From the NCBI RefSeq assembly GCF_049243625.1, contig NZ_CP046975.1: a stretch of 32,000 bases of DNA; one strand, 5' to 3'. The translations under genes and the position numbers were made by a program. This document shows, one piece after another, positions 18,720 to 27,377 of the stretch (position 1 is its first letter; every line of letters begins with the position of its first letter). This stretch comes from Corynebacterium amycolatum. GTDB taxonomy: Bacteria; Actinomycetota; Actinomycetes; Mycobacteriales; Mycobacteriaceae. The notes under the pieces were generated by a model, which saw only the letters and a list, made by a program, of their open reading frames with translations, searched no databases and was not told where the DNA came from.

Positions 18720-19340
18720 ATGAGCGTTCATCTAACTCGCATTTACACTCGCACCGGCGACGACGGCACCACTGGATTATCCGATTTCAGCCGCGTTCCC
18801 AAGGATGATTCTCGCCTTATCGCCTACGCCACGTGCGAGGAGGCCAACGCCGCACTCGGTCAGGCGCGCAGTTTCGGCGCGCTTGACGACGAGGTGTCGG
18901 CTGTCATCCGCTACGTGCAGAATGATCTCTTTGATGCCGGAGCCGACCTGGCAACACCTATTGAAGAAAACCCGAAGTACCCGCCATTGCGTATCGAGCC
19001 GGATTACATCGAGCGACTCGAGCACTGGTGTGACCAGTTCAATGAGCAACTACCAAAACTGGATTCCTTCATCCTCCCTGGAGGCACACCAGCCGCGGCA
19101 CTGCTGCACACAGCTCGGGTGATTACTCGTCGGGCCGAGCGTGCGGCATGGGCTGCCTGCCGCGAGTTTCCCGAAACTACTTCAGTCCTACCGGCGAAGT
19201 ATCTCAATCGCCTGTCTGACCTGTTGTTTATTCTTTCGAGAGTGGCCAACGACGGCAACGACGTTAAATGGATTCCCGGTGGAGAGCGCGAAGATGAGCG
19301 CCAAACGGCCGTAGATGCGAAAGAGCGCCGCGTTCACTAG
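18720..19340 (+). CDS. pduO: PduO-type ATP:cob(I)alamin adenosyltransferase
   Basis: The N-terminal signature IYTRTGDDGTTGL is present, and the ORF has the length expected of the helical-bundle type. The context matches the corynebacterial murA-pduO-ramA arrangement as I recall it. Confidence 0.85.
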   Translation: MSVHLTRIYTRTGDDGTTGLSDFSRVPKDDSRLIAYATCEEANAALGQARSFGALDDEVSAVIRYVQNDLFDAGADLATPIEENPKYPPLRIEPDYIERLEHWCDQFNEQLPKLDSFILPGGTPAAALLHTARVITRRAERAAWAACREFPETTSVLPAKYLNRLSDLLFILSRVANDGNDVKWIPGGEREDERQTAVDAKERRVH

Positions 19341-19380
19341 CCAAGTTTGCTAAGAACGCGGCGCCCCGTCGTCAAGCGGT

Positions 19381-20217
19381 TTACGGCAGTGCGCCGATAC
19401 GACGGGCTGCGTTGACAGCCTCGTAGCGAGTGTGGGCACCCAGCTTGCGCATTACGGAGCGGAGGTAGGACTTAACGGTCTCGGCACCGATGCCCATTTC
19501 CTCTGCGGCCTCGACGTTGGTGTGACCGAGGGCGACGCAGGCGAGAACATCGAGCTCACGAGCAGACAACTTGGTGGTCTGCTTAACGCGAACTGGGGTG
19601 ACCATCTGGTCGCAGAGCACCTCGAGCTCCTGGCGCAGCTTCTCATCATCCACGCGGTTAGCGAGCATGCGCAGCTTGGAGTGCGTGGAGCGAACCTGCT
19701 CCCATTCAGCGCCATTCATGATGCGACCGCCCTTACCGTTACCGGAGCGATCCATATTGCGACAGGCGTCGACGACAGCGAGGTCCTGCTCCAGGCAACG
19801 GGCGGTCATTGTGACCTCTTCAAGAACCTTGTCCCCCAGGCGCACCGAGGAGTGCACGCCACCGTAGAGCACGCCACGAACAAGACGCGAAACAATCACC
19901 GGCACGGCGACCAGCGAGTGCAGGCCTTCGTCACGAATCTTGTCGTCATACTCGTGGGTAATAACCTTGGCGCGCAGGTAGTCACTGACACCCACCGGGC
20001 GGCGCGTGGCCAACACGCGACCACCGACACCCGCACCCGATTCCACAGTCAGATTCTGCAGAGCCGGGGTACGCAGGCCAACCCAGTTGTTGATCTGCAT
20101 CTTAGAGTTATCGGTGACTTCCGCATACATTGTGACCGGAATACCAGTCGCATTCTTTAGGGCGACCAAGGACGACTTAATAACCTCATTGTCGTCCAGA
20201 ATGCGGTGGGGATCCAT
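19381..20217 (-). CDS. ramA: LuxR-family transcriptional regulator RamA (GAF-like N-terminal domain plus C-terminal HTH)
   Basis: C-terminal LuxR HTH (LSARELDVLACVALGHTNVEAAEEMGIGAETVKSYLRSVMRKLGAHTRYEAVNAARRIGALP). The N-terminal region (VGLRTPALQNL, GGRVLATRRPVGVSDY) matches what I remember of C. glutamicum RamA. The position between pduO and cysK also fits. Confidence 0.8.
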   Translation of the reverse strand: MDPHRILDDNEVIKSSLVALKNATGIPVTMYAEVTDNSKMQINNWVGLRTPALQNLTVESGAGVGGRVLATRRPVGVSDYLRAKVITHEYDDKIRDEGLHSLVAVPVIVSRLVRGVLYGGVHSSVRLGDKVLEEVTMTARCLEQDLAVVDACRNMDRSGNGKGGRIMNGAEWEQVRSTHSKLRMLANRVDDEKLRQELEVLCDQMVTPVRVKQTTKLSARELDVLACVALGHTNVEAAEEMGIGAETVKSYLRSVMRKLGAHTRYEAVNAARRIGALP

Positions 20218-20712
20218 CTCGCGTCCTCCTGCGTAACGGGCAAATTACTTCACTGGCACCCACAGAGGCACCATCAGCCTGTGACTTCGCGCCGACTTAC
20301 ACTCCTACGAAATGGCCAACTACCGCTCAGCGGCTACGGACCCTTTCGGGGGCTGTAAACCGTACAAAGTAGATAGTACCCTCCGAACGGGTACACCTGC
20401 ATTAAGGCATCCGTCACACAATCTTAGGAAACAACTAGGTTTCTCTACAAGTACGTAAAGAAAATACCAGGATAAATCCTGTCATTAGCCCCGCCTCGGC
20501 CGAATGGATACAAGGCAGGGGTAGCTATTTTTCCGCTAATAAACTGCGTGAATGTTGATAACAGAGGGTAATGAACGGCGTTTTACCCCCAATGCGGACA
20601 TTTTCGAAAAACACTGTCGCTGATTTACTTTGGTGCGCTATTGTCATTCATGCAACAGGTTTTGTTGAGTTCCACTTTCAATGCTACGTCCTCCACGTGG
20701 TTGTCCGAAGGT

Positions 20713-20940
20713 GGTGCACAGCAAACGCAAGAGGGAATCCGGTGCAATTCCGGAACTGTCCCGCAGCGGTAATCTGGAACAAAATTCGCCAACGGCACTG
20801 AGGTTATTTCAACCTTGGGAAGCGGCGAAAAGTAGGAAAATTGATAATAAGGTTCTGCACGTAAGCATCGAAGCAAGCGGCAGTCGTCATCCCCTTATTG
20901 TCGGTCACGCCAGGAAGTCCGAATACCTGCCTGATGCGCC
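20713..20940 (+). promoter_or_regulatory. Cobalamin (B12) riboswitch aptamer, orphan: no downstream same-strand gene
   Basis: P1 arms are GGTGCA (20713-20718) and TGCGCC (20935-20940). The core is GAGGGAATCCGGTGCAATTCCGGAACTGTCCCGCAGCGGTAA (20731-20772). GGCACTG (20794-20800) and GGGAAGCGGCG (20817-20827) follow. The B12 box is AGTCCGAATACCTGCC (20916-20931). Confidence 0.85.
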
Positions 20941-21058
20941 GAAGACACTGCAAAGTGCCACGGCCACGGAGATCGCCCGCGGACAGGTGTGACGTGAAAT
21001 GGAAGCGAAGAAATGCGACAGCTTCGCCTATATTTCTAGGCCTATCTTTATAGGCATT

Positions 21059-21090
21059 GCGCCCTACCCGCGGGCGTTTCTCTCATTTTT
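21059..21090 (+). terminator. Candidate intrinsic terminator downstream of the orphan riboswitch
   Basis: The stem is GCGCCC / GGGCGT (5 GC pairs plus one G-U) with a 7-nt loop, followed by TTTCTCTCATTTTT. A second, weaker hairpin is GCGAAG (21005-21010) / CTTCGC (21022-21027), followed by CTATATTTCT. Confidence 0.4.
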
Positions 21091-21143
21091 AGCGTGGTTT
21101 AGCTGCACATATCGATGAGCTATTCACCAACCAAACCGCTCGC

Positions 21144-21968
21144 CTAAACATCTTCTGGATGGAGCACATCTCGCCCAATCGCCTTGGAGACTACGGGCGC
21201 CCAAGGCAAAGCCAATCGAGCATGTTCGACCAACCGTCGATCCGCCAAAATTTCCTCTTTGGAGCCAACTCGCAGTTTGCCGTCGGCAAGCACTGCTGCC
21301 CGATCGGCGAAATTCCACGCGAAGTCGATATCGTGCGTGGCGACGACGACGGCTGTGCCCTGATCGCGCAATTGATCGAGCGTGTGTGCAAGCTTTCGGG
21401 TCGCCTGCGGATCGAGGCCGGCGGAGGGCTCGTCGAGAAGCAGGACGCGTGGGTGCATCGCCAGTGCGCCTGCGAGAGCGACGCGCTTGCGCTGACCATA
21501 GGAGAGCTGGTGCGGGACGCGTTCGGCGAGATCGGTGATTTCGGCGGTGCCTAGAGCCTCTCGGACGCGCCGCTCGACTTCCTCGTTCTCCAGCCCCAGG
21601 TTGACGGGACCGAAAGAGACATCTGCAAACACGCTAGCCGCGAAGATTTGCTCATCCGGATCCTGCGTGACCATCTGTACTGAGCGGCGAACCGTATTGC
21701 GGCCGTGCCGGGAGTACTTATAGGCGGTGCCATCAAGGCGAACCTCACCGCCATCGGGCTTAGACGCTCCCGCGAGCATACGCAACAGCGTGGATTTGCC
21801 AGAACCGTTTGCGCCCAATAGTGCTAGGCGCTCGCCACCCGAAATTGCCAGCTCCACGCCTTTCAGGACGTGGGTTTCGTCATAAGCGAATGTAACTGCG
21901 GCCGCTTCCACAATGGCGCCGCTGGCACCATCCACGCGATCAGCGCTATTTTTCCTACTGATCGACAT
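21144..21968 (-). CDS. cbiO: Cobalt ECF/ABC transporter ATPase CbiO
   Basis: Motifs: Walker A GANGSGKST, signature LSYGQRKRVALAGAL, Walker B LLLDEPSAGLD, H-loop VVATHDID. It is the last gene of a cbiM-N-Q-O array. I prefer the ATG start at 21968, 3 nt after the cbiQ stop. An alternative ATG at 21983 overlaps cbiQ. Confidence 0.9.
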   Translation of the reverse strand: MSISRKNSADRVDGASGAIVEAAAVTFAYDETHVLKGVELAISGGERLALLGANGSGKSTLLRMLAGASKPDGGEVRLDGTAYKYSRHGRNTVRRSVQMVTQDPDEQIFAASVFADVSFGPVNLGLENEEVERRVREALGTAEITDLAERVPHQLSYGQRKRVALAGALAMHPRVLLLDEPSAGLDPQATRKLAHTLDQLRDQGTAVVVATHDIDFAWNFADRAAVLADGKLRVGSKEEILADRRLVEHARLALPWAPVVSKAIGRDVLHPEDV

Positions 21969-21970
21969 CC

Positions 21971-22708
21971 CTATACACCCCATTTCAGCAGCGCCCAGGC
22001 CGCAATCAACGACAAAAGTAATGCACTGGATATCGCGAGGAACTTCGGCTGGCTCGGCCGCGAAATAACCAGTACTTTCATTGCGCTCGGATCGGCACGC
22101 AGCTCAATTCCTTCTTGCATCTTGCGGGCTCGAGCAAAAGCGATGACAAAGAGGCTGGCGGACTGCGCCGCGACATCACGAATCATCGCCCGGCGCGTGG
22201 AGTGCCCAAGACGTCGCGCTTGGGCTTCTGTCATTGAGTGCGCGGAGTGAATCAGCACGCCAGTCATCCGATAAATCACTTCAGCAAGGTACGTCAGGTA
22301 CCGAGGCATGCCACGTTTGTCGAGCCACGCAATGAGCTCCGAAATCGGAGTGGTCAGCGCAAAGACCATCGTGCAGCTGATACCCGCAAACGAACGCATC
22401 ACAACCTGCGCCATTCGCTGCGGGCCATCCGGCGACCACGCGAGACCGTCGGGAGTAAGCGCTACCAAAATCGGAAACGCGCCGACGAGCACAAAAACCG
22501 CCGGTGCCAGCACCATTGCCACATACAGCTTGCGGGGCACCCGGGCTATGTACGCAATAAACCAAGCAATGACCGCAATGACCGGCGCAAAGGGAATTGG
22601 CGGAAGCGCAACCGCCAGAATCAACAGCCCACCGAGCAGCAGGATCTTTTCGCCCACGTTACGGCGCGCCCAAGCGCTGCGCGCCGCTGCGGCTTCTAGC
22701 GCATTCAC
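21971..22708 (-). CDS. cbiQ: Cobalt transporter transmembrane component CbiQ (EcfT family)
   Basis: Polytopic membrane protein of the expected size. Its start overlaps the cbiN stop as ATGA (22705-22708). It lies between cbiN and cbiO. Confidence 0.85.
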   Translation of the reverse strand: MNALEAAAARSAWARRNVGEKILLLGGLLILAVALPPIPFAPVIAVIAWFIAYIARVPRKLYVAMVLAPAVFVLVGAFPILVALTPDGLAWSPDGPQRMAQVVMRSFAGISCTMVFALTTPISELIAWLDKRGMPRYLTYLAEVIYRMTGVLIHSAHSMTEAQARRLGHSTRRAMIRDVAAQSASLFVIAFARARKMQEGIELRADPSAMKVLVISRPSQPKFLAISSALLLSLIAAWALLKWGV

Positions 22709-23082
22709 TGCTCTTTCTCGCGCTTGTCTGAACGCGCAGCAGCCTTCCCTCGGTAGAAGCCAATAACGTAGAACAGGACGCCAGCACCGATAACGGCCTG
22801 GAGCGCGAACAGACCCGACTCGACCTCACCCGGCAGTTCGCCGACGAGTGGCTCGAACCACGGCTCGTAGTTCGGGTCCATTTCCTGAATTGTCTCCGTA
22901 GCGGTGGCATCAGTGCCGGCGAACGGCTCCTCTGCGTCGTCGTCGCCGTAGTTGAAGAACAGCGGGAACATGGCAATTACGACTACCAGGACAATAAGAC
23001 CGACGCTGCCCCACACGGAGTTCTTCTTCGGCCGGCTAGCTGCCTGTGCGTCGACAATCTGCGCGTTGTTTTTTGCATTCAT
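22705..23082 (-). CDS. cbiN: Cobalt transport protein CbiN
   Basis: Small two-TM protein (WGSVGLIVLVVVIAMFPLF and GLFALQAVIGAGVLFYVIGFY) with an acidic periplasmic loop. It lies immediately downstream of cbiM. Confidence 0.8.
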   Translation of the reverse strand: MNAKNNAQIVDAQAASRPKKNSVWGSVGLIVLVVVIAMFPLFFNYGDDDAEEPFAGTDATATETIQEMDPNYEPWFEPLVGELPGEVESGLFALQAVIGAGVLFYVIGFYRGKAAARSDKREKEQ

Positions 23083-23120
23083 AATCGTGCTCTCTTTCGC
23101 TTCTTTTCGCTTGACGACGG

Positions 23121-23903
23121 CTACTGCTTCTGGCCGGATACGGATGCAGCTGAAGCATTCTGCGAAGTGGCAGACCCTGCAACAGCGTTGGTTGTGGTGT
23201 CTGCAGCTTTCGCCTCCAGCGCCGGTGCTGGCGCATCGCCGAAGCGGGACAGGAAGCCGAGATCGAGGAGCTCAGTGTGTGCCACTGCCAGCAGGGTGCG
23301 CATGAGAATGACGGTGACGAGAGCCTCGATGATTGCCAGCGGAATCTGCGTGATAGCGAACAGGCCGAGGAATGTAGCCAGCGCGCCGCCAACACCGCCC
23401 GGGTTTGCCGGGTGCGCAAGAGCGAGCTGCATGGAGGTCACGACGTAGGTGGAGAGGTCAGCGAAGAACGCTGCCATAAACACACCTGGCAGCAGGCCTC
23501 CACCGAGCTTTCGAGTCAATACGTAGAAGGCGTAGCCGACCCACGGGCCGACGATTGCCATGGAGAAGATGTTCGCACCGAGCGTCGTAATGCCGCCGTG
23601 AGCGAGCAAGATTGCTTGGAAGAGCAACACGATGGAGCCAAGCAGCGCCATCACCGGAGGTTTGAAGATTACAGCACCAAAACCCGTACCTGTCGGGTGC
23701 GAAGTGGAACCCGTCACGGATGGAATCTTGATTGCGGAGAGCACGAAAGTAAACGCACCGGCAGCACCGAGCAGCATGCCGCTACCGGGATGCTGTTTCA
23801 TAGTGCGCTTGGCTTGAACTGCGCCGTGAATGACAAAGGGAGCGGCAGCTACACCCCACCCAATGCAATGAGTAACTGGGAGAAATCCCTCAGCAATATG
23901 CAT
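23121..23903 (-). CDS. cbiM: Cobalt transporter substrate-capture component CbiM
   Basis: The N-terminus MHIAEGFLP carries the metal-ligand His2 characteristic of CbiM/NikM. The protein is polytopic. The RBS is GAAAGAAG. It has an Ala/Ser/Thr-rich C-terminal tail of about 35 aa. Confidence 0.9.
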   Translation of the reverse strand: MHIAEGFLPVTHCIGWGVAAAPFVIHGAVQAKRTMKQHPGSGMLLGAAGAFTFVLSAIKIPSVTGSTSHPTGTGFGAVIFKPPVMALLGSIVLLFQAILLAHGGITTLGANIFSMAIVGPWVGYAFYVLTRKLGGGLLPGVFMAAFFADLSTYVVTSMQLALAHPANPGGVGGALATFLGLFAITQIPLAIIEALVTVILMRTLLAVAHTELLDLGFLSRFGDAPAPALEAKAADTTTNAVAGSATSQNASAASVSGQKQ

Positions 23904-23980
23904 GATGTAAATCTTCTTTCTGCGGCGCTATTCACCTCGACAGCACCGCTCGACCGCCAATCCGCGGACGCGAATTGGAT

Positions 23981-24227
23981 GATTTACAGTCGGTCTCCTG
24001 GCTAATGGGCTGAGGAAAGCTTCACACTTCTATTAATGCCTCGCCTCCTTCCCCAAAGGTTTGAGTCCCCCTGAGTGGCTTCGACGAAGCACCGCAATCA
24101 TCGGATCCATTGCCTGCGTTTTCGGTTATCGCATATAACCGCTGTGCAGATAACGGCCGCAATCGCGCCCAATCACAGTGGCGAGGGCCGCTGCCTATTT
24201 ACAAGGCATTCCCGTGCACCGTAAATC
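23981..24227 (-). promoter_or_regulatory. Cobalamin (B12) riboswitch controlling cbiMNQO
   Basis: On the minus strand, the P1 arms are GATTTAC (24227-24221) and GTAAATC (23987-23981). The core is ACGGGAATGCCTTGTAAATAGGCAGCGGCCCTCGCCACTGTGA (24215-24173). GCCACTCAG...GGGGAAGG follows (24079-24047). The B12 box is TAGCCAGGAGACCGAC (24004-23989). The aptamer ends 77 nt upstream of the cbiM ATG. Confidence 0.85.
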
Positions 24228-24436
24228 ACGTCTCAGAATAGTGGATTCTAAGGAACTTTACGGCTCTTTACCCTCACAATGGAGGTAAAGACGAGCAGGG
24301 CAATCACATAGCGTTAACGTGGTAAGAGCAGGAGCATTGCGAAATCAGCGGTGTGACTGCGACGGTGCCGGCCGCGGCGGCTGTGACGGTGGTAACACCG
24401 GAATTAACAGCCCCCTTCCCCACGCAATTCCCAAAA

Positions 24437-24452
24437 TAGACGAACTGGTCTG
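24437..24452. promoter_or_regulatory. McbR-type operator-like palindrome upstream of cysK
   Basis: TAGAC-GAACTG-GTCTG matches the C. glutamicum McbR consensus TAGAC-N6-GTCTA in 9 of 10 defined positions. It lies 88 nt upstream of the cysK ATG. Confidence 0.45.
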
Positions 24453-24539
24453 TACTAATTGCAGCATCAGGCGTACACTACGGCTACACGCGAAAACTCA
24501 TTAGGAAGTCCTCTGTGATTTCCGGAATGGATAAGATTA

Positions 24540-25472
24540 ATGACTATTTATAACGATGTCACTGAACTGATCGGCAACACCCCGCTGGTTAAGCTCAACC
24601 GTGTTACCGAGGGCCTGCCGGGCAACGTGATTGCCAAGCTGGAGTTTTACAACCCTGCCAACTCGGTCAAGGACCGCATCGGCAACGCAATTATCGATGC
24701 CGCCGAGCGCTCTGGCGAGCTCAATCCGGGCGGAACCATCGTCGAGGGTACCTCGGGCAACACCGGTATCGCGCTGGCAATGGTCGGCGCAGCCCGCGGT
24801 TACAAGGTCATTCTCACTATGCCGGACACCATGAGCCAGGAGCGCCGCGTCGTTCTGCGCGCATTCGGCGCTGAGCTTGTACTCACCCCGGGCGCAGATG
24901 GCATGCGCGGTGCTGTCGATAAGGCCAACGAAATCGTGGCTAACACCGACAATGCAATCCTGGCTTCCCAGTTCGCCAACCCGGCCAACCCGGCTATCCA
25001 CGAGGCAACCACTGGTGAAGAAATCTGGGAAGCTACCGACGGCAAGGTTGATTACTTCGTGGCTGGAGTCGGCACCGGCGGCACCATTACCGGTGCTGGT
25101 CGCACGCTGAAGAAGCACAACTCGGACATCAAGCTGGTGGCCGTTGAGCCGAAGGCCTCCCCACTGCTGACCGAGGGCACCGCCGGCCCGCACAAGATTC
25201 AGGGCCTGGGCGCAAACTTTATCCCAGAGGTTCTCGACCAGGAGCTTCTCGACGAGATTATTGCGGTTACCAACGAGGACGCTATTGAGGTCTCCCGCAA
25301 GGTTGCTGCAGCCGAGGGCATCCTCGGCGGCATTTCCGCCGGTGCAAACATCAAGGCTGCTCTCGAGATTGCAGCCCGCCCGGAGGCTGAGGGCAAGAAC
25401 ATCGTCGTGATTGTCCCTGACTTCGGCGAGCGCTACGTCTCCTCCATCCTGTACGAGGACCTGCGCGACTAA
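24540..25472 (+). CDS. cysK: O-acetylserine sulfhydrylase (cysteine synthase A)
   Basis: The PLP-lysine motif [11 protein letters not shown] and [11 protein letters not shown] are present, and the length is 310 aa. The equally long minus-strand ORF 24537-25478 is a shadow ORF. Confidence 0.95.
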   Translation: MTIYNDVTELIGNTPLVKLNRVTEGLPGNVIAKLEFYNPANSVKDRIGNAIIDAAERSGELNPGGTIVEGTSGNTGIALAMVGAARGYKVILTMPDTMSQERRVVLRAFGAELVLTPGADGMRGAVDKANEIVANTDNAILASQFANPANPAIHEATTGEEIWEATDGKVDYFVAGVGTGGTITGAGRTLKKHNSDIKLVAVEPKASPLLTEGTAGPHKIQGLGANFIPEVLDQELLDEIIAVTNEDAIEVSRKVAAAEGILGGISAGANIKAALEIAARPEAEGKNIVVIVPDFGERYVSSILYEDLRD

Positions 25473-25586
25473 AACCAAGCGCTATAAGCGCCCGTAACCT
25501 TCTCTGCAGAGCCCGCTAGCTGGCACTTTCCGTCGGCAAGCGGGTTTTGCATTGCCCACACTTCCGACCAGATAGAATTGACGCCC

Positions 25587-26180
25587 ATGAGTGACTTTTT
25601 CCGAATCCTCAAAGAGGATCTGGACAATGCCCGTGCGCATGACCCAGCTGCGCGCAGTGATGTAGAAAATGCCATTGTCTACTCCGGCCTACACGCAATC
25701 TGGATTCACCGATTCTCGCACCGCCTCTGGAAACGAGGCGGGATTTTCAAGGGCATTGCACGAGTACTCGCACAGTTTTCCCGTTGGCTGACTGGTATTG
25801 AGATTCACCCGGGCGCTCAAATTGGCCGAAGGTTCTTCATCGACCACGGCATGGGCATCGTCATTGGTGAAACCGCAGAGATCGGTGACGGCTGCATGCT
25901 CTACCACGGTGTGACACTCGGCGGCCGCTCACTGGAGAAGGTAAAACGCCACCCAACTCTGGAGGACAACGTCACCGTCGGGGCAGGTGCGAAAGTCCTT
26001 GGCCCGATCACAATTGGTGCGGGTTCATCGATTGGCGCCAACTCCGTGGTCACCCACAGCTGCCCACCCGATTCCATCGTGATAGGGATTCCGGGCCGCG
26101 TACGCCCTGCCAAGCCCGGCGAACACAAGCCGTTGTGCGATCCGGCGGTGTACGTCCAGGGTGACGGGGACTTCATCTAG
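25587..26180 (+). CDS. cysE: Serine O-acetyltransferase
   Basis: The N-terminal helical domain ([33 protein letters not shown]) is followed by left-handed beta-helix hexapeptide repeats ([41 protein letters not shown]). The start is ATG 25587 or TTG 25578. Confidence 0.9.
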   Translation: MSDFFRILKEDLDNARAHDPAARSDVENAIVYSGLHAIWIHRFSHRLWKRGGIFKGIARVLAQFSRWLTGIEIHPGAQIGRRFFIDHGMGIVIGETAEIGDGCMLYHGVTLGGRSLEKVKRHPTLEDNVTVGAGAKVLGPITIGAGSSIGANSVVTHSCPPDSIVIGIPGRVRPAKPGEHKPLCDPAVYVQGDGDFI

Positions 26181-26214
26181 CCCTGCCCTAAAGCTATCTC
26201 TACGCATAAATAAG

Positions 26215-26260
26215 CCGACCGGCTGCTCTTGCTATCGTGAGCAGCCGGTCGGTTTCTTTA
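26215..26260. terminator. Bidirectional intrinsic terminator between cysE and the GNAT gene
   Basis: A perfect 14-bp stem, CCGACCGGCTGCTC (26215-26228) / GAGCAGCCGGTCGG (26239-26252), encloses a 10-nt loop. TTTCTTTA follows on the + strand and a T-rich run follows on the minus strand. Confidence 0.85.
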
Positions 26261-26282
26261 TGCGTTCTTTGCCCTTCAGCGA

Positions 26283-26564
26283 CTAGTCAACCAGTAGATC
26301 CTGGTATTCCGGGTTTTTCTCGACGAAGTTGGCAACAGCGGAGCAGCTGGTGCGAATCTTGCGGTTGTTCTTCCGAACATCATCCAGCGCACCTGCGATA
26401 AGCGGCTTGGACAGGCCTTGTCCACGGAATTTGCCATCTACTACCGTGTGGTCAAAATCCAGGGCACCTTCCACCGGGGTGTAAGCGGCAAAACCGGCCT
26501 CTTCTCCCTCTACGGTGAGAACGTAGCGCTGACCGGCCTCATCATGCGAAATAGTGTGTGCCAT
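26283..26564 (-). CDS. Small GNAT-like N-acetyltransferase (YjdJ type)
   Basis: About 93 aa, with FRGQGLSKPLIAGALDDVRKNNRKIRTSCSAV, which is typical of the short GNAT family. I prefer the start at ATG 26564 (MAHTISHDE), preceded by GAGAGGGAAG. The track ORF starts at 26606. Confidence 0.65.
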   Translation of the reverse strand: MAHTISHDEAGQRYVLTVEGEEAGFAAYTPVEGALDFDHTVVDGKFRGQGLSKPLIAGALDDVRKNNRKIRTSCSAVANFVEKNPEYQDLLVD

Positions 26565-26671
26565 TTTCGGAATCACTTCCCTCTCGTGGTTGTGAAGCGT
26601 CGTCATTGCAAACGACTCTTAGGATGTAACCCAGATAACAGCTCTCGCTTCGGATTAATTCCGAATCCTGG

Positions 26672-27127
26672 CTAATTCTGCACTAGCGGGGGTTCGCCCG
26701 GGTGCTCGTCGGCACGCCCGACAGCGACACGGCACGGGACATCGCCCTTCGCGACCTTAGCCGCAGCCTCACCTTCTGCCCACCCCGGGCTGACGGCCTC
26801 AGCGAGCGGGCCTGCCAAATCCGCCATTTCGCAGTGAGAAAGCCCCGGAGCCACCACACTGATGCGATAACGCTTCCGATCCCCCGGATCCATGCCTGGG
26901 TTGGCCTCCGCCCACAAATCAGCGAGCGAAGAGGTGCGCCCCACATCGGGCATGACATCCTCGTAGACGTTGACTTCCTGATCCGGAATCAGTTCCGCGA
27001 GCACCCCACGAACCTTCTCAGCAGCCGATTGGCTGCCCTCAGCATCCGTGTAGACGAAGATGCGCACGACCCACGGCAGCGTCTTATCGTGGGACAGCGT
27101 TCCTGCTGAGGCGAATTCCTTACTCAT
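26672..27127 (-). CDS. Hypothetical protein (151 aa)
   Basis: Coding-like composition, and AGGA lies 8 nt upstream of ATG 27127 (MSKEFASAG). The track ORF 26672-27448 runs on through the tRNA-Phe and tRNA-Asp genes, so its N-terminal 107 aa cannot be real. I recognised no motif. Confidence 0.55.
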   Translation of the reverse strand: MSKEFASAGTLSHDKTLPWVVRIFVYTDAEGSQSAAEKVRGVLAELIPDQEVNVYEDVMPDVGRTSSLADLWAEANPGMDPGDRKRYRISVVAPGLSHCEMADLAGPLAEAVSPGWAEGEAAAKVAKGDVPCRVAVGRADEHPGEPPLVQN

Positions 27128-27285
27128 GCACAACATCCTATCCGCTAGGGTGTGCACGCGGTTTAATTTCCCCCACTTTAAGGTTTTCGCACGGCGCAAT
27201 GCACTTTGCTTTACGACGATTCCCGCGACAAACACCTGGTAAAAACAAAGAATCCCCGGTCCGTTTCCGGACTGGGGATTAATTG

Positions 27286-27358
27286 TGGCCAGAAGCGGGA
27301 TCGAACCGCTGACCTTCCACTTTTCAGGCGGACGCTCTACCGACTGAGCTATCTGGCC
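27286..27358 (-). tRNA. tRNA-Phe (anticodon GAA)
   Basis: The reverse complement GGCCAGATAGCTCAGTCGGTAGAGCGTCCGCCTGAAAAGTGGAAGGTCAGCGGTTCGATCCCGCTTCTGGCCA folds as a cloverleaf with anticodon loop CTGAAAA. CCA is not encoded. Confidence 0.95.
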
Positions 27359-27377
27359 AGACTTGAAATTAATCAAG

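Noticed and set aside
20681-21118. Track ORF 20681-20992 (103 aa), and a 39-codon ORF 20999-21118, as the gene controlled by the orphan riboswitch
   Set aside because: The first ORF is made of the riboswitch aptamer sequence itself. The second has no RBS, is hydrophobic and low-complexity, and runs through the candidate terminator. It is kept only as a caveat in the finding.
20560-24300. The cbiMNQO module as a mobile genomic island
   Set aside because: I saw no integrase, transposase, flanking direct repeats or adjacent tRNA. By eye the composition resembles the neighbouring genes. I report it only as a synteny difference.
24537-25478. 313-aa minus-strand ORF exactly mirroring cysK
   Set aside because: This is a shadow ORF of a high-GC gene. 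The + strand product has unmistakable CysK motifs, whereas the minus-strand product is low-complexity with no recognisable motif.
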